In this document: positions 41,621 through 46,930 of the stretch, in pieces | Numbering within the stretch: position 1 is the first letter of the stretch | Layout of the letters: every line of letters begins with the position of its first letter | NCBI GenBank assembly: GCA_017507065.1 | Contig: JAFWBO010000093.1 | Coordinates: 1 to 46,930, forward strand | DNA from: Kiritimatiellia bacterium | GTDB taxonomy: Bacteria > Verrucomicrobiota > Kiritimatiellia > RFP12 > UBA1067 | Direction: 5' to 3' | Length of the DNA: 46,930 bases | Notes under the pieces: generated by a model | Told to the model about the DNA's origin: nothing | Database searches by the model: none | Seen by the model: the letters and a program-made list of their open reading frames with translations, nothing else | Position numbers and translations under genes: made by a program

Positions 41621-43911
41621 TAGGCTAATTTCTCTTTCCGCCGGATTTCTTCGACCGTGAATGTTGTCGAAGCGCATGCGCCGCCGGACATGGAGCATGT
41701 AACGGTGTGCTCCCCGGGCGACATCTTCGAAACGAACGGCTCGGCCCCGACGGTTTCTCCGGCGGGAATATCGTCGACAAACCACCAAAGCTTCGCATCG
41801 GGAGCGTTGCCGGCCGCCCGACAGACGATTTTCTGTCTGAGCGCTCCGGGAACGATTATGAACTTTTCGCCTTTCACGGGAGAGGTTATGGCAAGTTTGT
41901 CTTCGCCGAACGCAAGATCGGGCGCCGCACTTCGGAGCAAATCCGTCCGCACCGACCTTCTCCCCTTCGCATCGCGTATATGGACAGGGCACAGGGCAGG
42001 AGAACTTTTCCCTTCCACGAATATTCCTTTTTCGGTCTCCAAACACTCCGGAGAGGCGGGAAGCCCGGTAAGAGAGCACACCGTCCGTTCGACGACTTCC
42101 GCCGGCCGCTCGTACCATGCGCCCGACGAACCTGCGGCGACGGATCGTGCGATCTGCCATGCGACGGGAGCGGCGGCCTTGGCGCCGACGACAGACTTGT
42201 CTCCGAAGTCGCCCTTCATGTGTCCGCACCATACGCCCACTACATATTCCGGATTCCATGCGACGGTCCAAGCGTCGCGATATGCGCTCGACGTACCTGT
42301 TTTCCATGCGAAACGCGGCACTACGACATCGGCGACATGCGAAAGCGCCTGAAAACTTCTTTCCGGACCGGAAAGCATGTCGGAGACGATGTAGCACGCG
42401 GCCTCGGAAAAGACGCGCCTCCCTCCTGCGCCGCGCGACGGCGGCGGGAACGCGACGGGCGGCAGATACACCCCGCCGCGCGCTATCGCGCCGTAGGCCG
42501 CGACAAGTTCGATCAAAGACACGTCTGCATTGCCTATGGCCAGCCCGAGGCCGAGGTCGCCGGCTCCGTCTGAGACGGCGCCGAAACCGAGTTCGCCGAG
42601 AACGGCCGCAAAACGTTCCACGCCGGTGCGGCGCAGCAGATCGACAAAAGGCAGATTGAGCGAGAGCACGAGCGCGGTGCGCAAAGACACGCTTCCCCGG
42701 TACGAAGAATCGAAATTGGCGGGCCTGTAGCCCTTGTAGGAACGAGGCATATCCGTCAGCCGCTCGTCCGGCGCGACTACGCCCCGGTCGATAGCCGCCG
42801 CGGCGAGAAACGGCTTTAGCGTTGAACCGGCGCTGCGAGGACGCGCCGAGACATTCACCTGGCCGCCGGCCGGGTCGAAATAATCCGCGCCGGAAGAGAG
42901 CGCGACGATCTCGCCGGTCGACACGCGCATAACGGCGGCGGCGACGGCGAAGGCGCCTTTTTCCGCGGCGGATCGCACCGCAGCGTCGCACGAGCGCTGG
43001 ATATCGGCGTCGAGAGATGTAGTGAAATCGCCGCCGCGCGCCGAACGCCCCCGTCGCGCGCGCAGACGCTCCATGGCCCAGTCGCAGAAATACGGATGTC
43101 TGAACGGTCTGGGCGTGCGGCATATCCGCGGGATCACGCTCTGCGCGGCCTGCATGCGCTCCGGGTCTATCATGCCGAGATCGCGCATCCGCGACAGGAC
43201 ATAGTCGCGGCGGCGCAGCGCTCCGGCGAGGTTGCGGTCTGGACGGAATCTCGAGGGCGCCTGCAGCATTCCGGCGAGAAGCGCCGCTTCGCCGAGCCCG
43301 AGAGATTTTGCGCTCTTGCCGAACCAGCCGTTGGCCGCCGCCTCGATGCCGACGAAATTGGAACCGAAAGGCGCTCGGTTCAGATACTCCGAAACGATGC
43401 GGAGCTTGCCGCACGAACGCTCCATCTTCAGCGCCATCACCGCTTCTTTGCATTTCCAGAAAAGATTCTTCGGATGCGGTTTTAGAAGACGCACGGTCTG
43501 CATCGTTATGGTCGAAGCTCCGGAAATACGGCGGCGCGAGACGATGTTCTGCCATGCGGCGCGCGCGGCGCTCGAAAACCTCACGCCGCGATGGTTCCAG
43601 AATTCGCCGTCTTCCGAAGCGACCGCCGCTTTGACGATCCAGTCTTCCGGGTCGGCCTCGTAATACGCCCTGCGGTCGATATCGCCCGGCCCGAGCGAAA
43701 CGCGGATTGTTTCGCCGGCGGAATCCCTGAGAACGACCCCGCGCGTGTATTCCCTCGCGGTGTCTTCCGGCCAGTCAACGGCGAACCACAATGCTGCTGC
43801 AAGCGCGACGGCAGTCGAGAGAAGAATCGTACATGCCTTCAAGAGCCGGCCCCGGCAGCACGAAACGGCCCGCCGAAACGACGCGCACAGGATAGCGGAA
43901 ATGCACTTCAC
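41617..43911 (-). CDS. pbpC: penicillin-binding protein 1C (glycosyltransferase, transpeptidase and C-terminal PBP1C domains)
   Basis: GT51 motifs: EDGEFWNHRGV, GASTITMQTVRL, RKxxE-like KCKEAVMALKME. Transpeptidase motif: SAGSTLKPF. The start is uncertain: GTG at 43911 overlaps the A2M 3' end by 137 nt, and TTG at 43842 is an alternative. Confidence 0.85.
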   Translation of the reverse strand: MKCISAILCASFRRAVSCCRGRLLKACTILLSTAVALAAALWFAVDWPEDTAREYTRGVVLRDSAGETIRVSLGPGDIDRRAYYEADPEDWIVKAAVASEDGEFWNHRGVRFSSAARAAWQNIVSRRRISGASTITMQTVRLLKPHPKNLFWKCKEAVMALKMERSCGKLRIVSEYLNRAPFGSNFVGIEAAANGWFGKSAKSLGLGEAALLAGMLQAPSRFRPDRNLAGALRRRDYVLSRMRDLGMIDPERMQAAQSVIPRICRTPRPFRHPYFCDWAMERLRARRGRSARGGDFTTSLDADIQRSCDAAVRSAAEKGAFAVAAAVMRVSTGEIVALSSGADYFDPAGGQVNVSARPRSAGSTLKPFLAAAAIDRGVVAPDERLTDMPRSYKGYRPANFDSSYRGSVSLRTALVLSLNLPFVDLLRRTGVERFAAVLGELGFGAVSDGAGDLGLGLAIGNADVSLIELVAAYGAIARGGVYLPPVAFPPPSRGAGGRRVFSEAACYIVSDMLSGPERSFQALSHVADVVVPRFAWKTGTSSAYRDAWTVAWNPEYVVGVWCGHMKGDFGDKSVVGAKAAAPVAWQIARSVAAGSSGAWYERPAEVVERTVCSLTGLPASPECLETEKGIFVEGKSSPALCPVHIRDAKGRRSVRTDLLRSAAPDLAFGEDKLAITSPVKGEKFIIVPGALRQKIVCRAAGNAPDAKLWWFVDDIPAGETVGAEPFVSKMSPGEHTVTCSMSGGACASTTFTVEEIRRKEKLAY

Positions 43912-46900
43912 TCCCTGCCTCCATGGTGAACTTCTTCGAAAAAACGAGCATGCGGTCGTCGCGCGCGTCGGAACGCATCACCCACGGTTCTTTTCCTTTC
44001 GCCGCCAGACATCCTGAATCCAGCACGGGCTCGAACGCCCCGGCGAAAAGATTCTCTACCACGAGATCGGACAAGACGCGCTTTACGGCCGATGTGACGG
44101 CTATATCGGCGACAAGCAGTTCGCCGCAGGCGAGAGATCCGAGATCCGCCTCCCGGCCTTCGGAATCGAAGAACCTGCACGACACCGACAGCCCTTCCGG
44201 AATTTTTCCGCCCGACGTCTCCGCCGGGAGATCGAATGTCCTCACGGTCAGAAAAGCCGTGGCGTCTGACGTGTTCACCAGCGACAGCGTCTTCCCCTCG
44301 AGCACGGCCGACGCGCCGCAGGCAAGATTCATCTCCGCTCCCGACGACGAAACGGCGGACACCGACGCGAGGCCTTCTTTCACGGGGTTGTGCCTGAAAT
44401 ATTCTCCGAGCGCGATAAGCGCGTGGGCGTTGGCGTGTGTCGTGCCCCAGCTGAATTTCGCTCTGTCGCGCCTGCTCTCGAGATACGCTTTCAACTTCTC
44501 GACACGCCCGTCGGAAGGATTGGTTTCGAGAAGCGCGAGCATCGCGAACGCAGCCTCCTCCACGGACTGCGGATCGAAAACGCCGGAAAGAAGCGCTTCC
44601 GCGCGCTTCCGGTCGCGGACGGCGGAAAACGCTCTTGCCAGCCTCGAACGCGAGAGAAGCCCGAGATCGGCGCGATTGTCGTAGAGGCTGAACATCCTGT
44701 CCTTGTCCGGCACGCCGGCGAGCGCGAGCGTGTGGCAAGCATAGGCCGCCTCCGCCGCATTCGTCGACGACGCCCACCGGCCGAGAAACTCGAGCACCGA
44801 CTTCCTGGCGTGCGGAGAGACGCAGCGGCCCGACTTCTCCGCTTCGACGAGGAAATGCGCGGCGTAAAGCGACACTTCCCTGTCCCACGGCGCATAGTCG
44901 CAGTCGGGCCACATGGAGAAATCGTGTTCGCGGATCATCGACTCGACGCGGCCGATGCCTGCGGCGATGAACGCCGGACCGAGCGAAGAGGAGCCGGAGG
45001 CCGCGGCGTTCAGGGCTCCTCCCGCGGCGACGAGAGGAAAGATGCGAGAGACCGTCTGTTCAAGGCATCCGTGCGGATAATCGGCAAGCCACCCCAACGC
45101 GGCGGAGAATTCTCCGAGGCGCGACGGAGAAAGAGCGAGCGAATGTCTGGCGAAACCGCCTTCTGCGGAAACGACGGCTTTTTCGCCGGGCTCGAGCCTC
45201 AGCACCTTGACGGTCTCCCTCCAGGGGACGGCCGGCCTCACGGGAAGAGAAATCCTGTGCTCGTGACGTTCGCCGAGACCTTCCGCGGAAAATCCGAACT
45301 CCGCCTGCCCCGGACCGAGCGCGCGCGCGCGGACGAAGGCGAGGACGCTCTCTCCCGGAGTCATGACGACCTCTCCGTCGTGCACGCCTTCGATCGCGGC
45401 CTCGCCTGACGCCGAAACGCTCCACTTCACGCGCCCCGGCCTGTCGCTTGTGTTGCGGAGCGGAAGCACCGCTTCGAACTCGTCGCCCGGGGCGACGAAT
45501 CTCGGCGCGTCCGGCTCGGCGACGAGCCTCGGAGACACTTTGCAAAGAACGCTCGCCGCGCCGGTCGCCGACGCCGAATACACAAGCGCCGTGACGCGCA
45601 CTTCTCCGGAGAATTCCGGGATGCGGATCTTGACCTCGGCCTTTCCGTTTTCGAGAGAGACATTCTTCTTCCACAGCGAAAGCGGCTTGAAACGGCGTGT
45701 CGGCACGGGGCTCACCCTGGCGAACAGCGACGCGCCGAAACCGCCGCCTGTCTTCATGCCGCTCGCGCGCAGCACATCGTCGTCCACCGGAAGGATTCTT
45801 CCGTACATGTCGTAAAGCGGATGCTCCGACGAGCGCGGTCTTGCGAAGAATCCCGAAGGATCCGGCTCGTTGCCGCCGGAAAGAAGATTGATTCCTTCGT
45901 CGACAACCGTTATCGTGGCGCGCTTTCCGCCGCCGGAGACCGACGACGAATCGACCGCGACCGTGACGACGGCTCCGCCGGGAACAAACTCGACTTTTGG
46001 GGCGAGGGTTACGCTCAATTCGCTTTCCGCAGGCCGTATAGAGAGCGTCGCAGCGCCGTGAGCCCTCACGGCCATGCGTTCGTCGTTATTCTCCGCGACG
46101 GGCTTGACCACGGCGACCGCGACGTCTACACTCGGGGCCAGAGCCGCGTCGACGGGATCGAGAACGATCTCGCCCGTCGCCGTTCCGAGCTCAATGCTTT
46201 TCACGCTGACGATCCTGTCGCGGACAACGGAAACGAGAGCGGTGCCAGCGAACGGCGATCTAACGAGGATGCGCGGCGTTTCGCCCGGCCGGTAGAAAGC
46301 CTTGTCCGGCACGAGGACGACTTCCGCGGGGTTCCCGAGAGGCGCGCTCGTCTCTTCGGCTCCGTCGCCGAGAAAAAACGCGCGGGAGAAAGACGCTCCA
46401 GATTCCGGATCGGAAACCGTAAGCACGTAGTCGCCGCAAGACTTGAGATCGAGCCTGAGCACGGAAGAAGCGTCCGGAAGCGTTTCGAGTTCCATGCCGT
46501 CCGTCACGGGGGCGCGGACGCGCTCGCATGTCCAGCTCCCCCATCCGCCGTCGCCGCTTTTATATGCGAAAATGCTCTCCACGCTTTCTACTTTCGCCGA
46601 GAGTTTCTTTCCGCCCGGCGCGCGCGACCCATCCGGCATGACGCATGCCACAGGGATTTCAAGAACGCCGTCCTCTGGTTTCTCCACCCACCCGGGGAGA
46701 ACGGCTCCGATGTAGAACGGATAGACGTGGCATACCGCGGAAGCGCGCCCTGCGGCAGGTCTTCCGCCGTCTTCGAAGACCACACCTTGCACGGTCGCCT
46801 TGACAGCGGCTTTCGGCCGGCCGTCGGAAGGACGGAGCGGCGCGGAGAAGACGGCCGCCCCGTCGGATCCGAGAGTCTTCTGCGGAAGACGCCGGAAAGC

Positions 46901-46930
46901 GGCTTTCAATCCGAGATCGTCGTTTCCGAA
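43775..46930 (-). CDS. alpha-2-macroglobulin family protein (YfhM-like), N-terminus lies beyond the window
   Basis: Thioester motif GCLEQ at 45056-45067 (YPHGCLEQTVSRIFPL). The frame stays open to nt 46930, and the track start at 46909 is only an internal TTG. This is the classic pairing with pbpC. Confidence 0.88.
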   Translation of the reverse strand, partial: FGNDDLGLKAAFRRLPQKTLGSDGAAVFSAPLRPSDGRPKAAVKATVQGVVFEDGGRPAAGRASAVCHVYPFYIGAVLPGWVEKPEDGVLEIPVACVMPDGSRAPGGKKLSAKVESVESIFAYKSGDGGWGSWTCERVRAPVTDGMELETLPDASSVLRLDLKSCGDYVLTVSDPESGASFSRAFFLGDGAEETSAPLGNPAEVVLVPDKAFYRPGETPRILVRSPFAGTALVSVVRDRIVSVKSIELGTATGEIVLDPVDAALAPSVDVAVAVVKPVAENNDERMAVRAHGAATLSIRPAESELSVTLAPKVEFVPGGAVVTVAVDSSSVSGGGKRATITVVDEGINLLSGGNEPDPSGFFARPRSSEHPLYDMYGRILPVDDDVLRASGMKTGGGFGASLFARVSPVPTRRFKPLSLWKKNVSLENGKAEVKIRIPEFSGEVRVTALVYSASATGAASVLCKVSPRLVAEPDAPRFVAPGDEFEAVLPLRNTSDRPGRVKWSVSASGEAAIEGVHDGEVVMTPGESVLAFVRARALGPGQAEFGFSAEGLGERHEHRISLPVRPAVPWRETVKVLRLEPGEKAVVSAEGGFARHSLALSPSRLGEFSAALGWLADYPHGCLEQTVSRIFPLVAAGGALNAAASGSSSLGPAFIAAGIGRVESMIREHDFSMWPDCDYAPWDREVSLYAAHFLVEAEKSGRCVSPHARKSVLEFLGRWASSTNAAEAAYACHTLALAGVPDKDRMFSLYDNRADLGLLSRSRLARAFSAVRDRKRAEALLSGVFDPQSVEEAAFAMLALLETNPSDGRVEKLKAYLESRRDRAKFSWGTTHANAHALIALGEYFRHNPVKEGLASVSAVSSSGAEMNLACGASAVLEGKTLSLVNTSDATAFLTVRTFDLPAETSGGKIPEGLSVSCRFFDSEGREADLGSLACGELLVADIAVTSAVKRVLSDLVVENLFAGAFEPVLDSGCLAAKGKEPWVMRSDARDDRMLVFSKKFTMEAGSEVHFRYPVRVVSAGRFVLPGPALEGMYDSSLDCRRACSSIVVRR

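Overview
High-GC sequence from a diderm bacterium. The gene content (KdsB, TonB-dependent receptor, Wza/Wzc, PbpC plus alpha-2-macroglobulin) and a divergent RpoZ suggest a PVC-type lineage (Lentisphaerota, Kiritimatiellota or Verrucomicrobiota), but that placement is a low-confidence guess. The window has two parts. (1) nt ~1-4560 is an accessory segment next to the 3' end of the tmRNA gene. It holds a compact cassette of about 3.9 kb with a large serine recombinase, a DUF2924 partner and small unknown ORFs, arranged as two convergent modules. Each module is fronted by a copy of the same ~40-bp promoter-like motif; there are three copies in total, and the outer two are in inverted orientation. 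(2) nt 4617-46930 is an unbroken array of about 40 genes, all on the minus strand. In order it contains ssrA, a TonB-dependent receptor, QueE, a NahK-like kinase, an RNase II/R enzyme lacking N-terminal cold-shock domains, a PilB-PilT-PilB ATPase trio, a RidA-like protein, a PD40/CxxCH protein, AzlC, KdsB, a 689-aa protein of unknown function, and a MurU-like/AmgK-like fusion. It continues with SmpB, RpoZ, a truncated ThyX-like protein, PyrF, RfbBAC, CoaX, NadC, Hsp33, YbeY, a CapD-like dehydratase, CdsA and ArgC. It ends with an exopolysaccharide export block (Wzc, Wzy-like, beta-barrel OMP, unknown secreted protein, Wza) and the PbpC/alpha-2-macroglobulin pair. Many neighbouring genes overlap by 4 nt (ATGA, GTGA or TTGA). 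The few intergenic gaps carry near-consensus sigma70 promoters with an extended -10 (TGGTATAAT), and two of them sit so close to the ATG that the mRNAs should be leaderless. No CRISPR array, rRNA or tRNA gene was seen. The many long antisense and alternate-frame ORFs in the track look like high-GC shadow ORFs. All calls come from reading motifs by eye; no database search was run.
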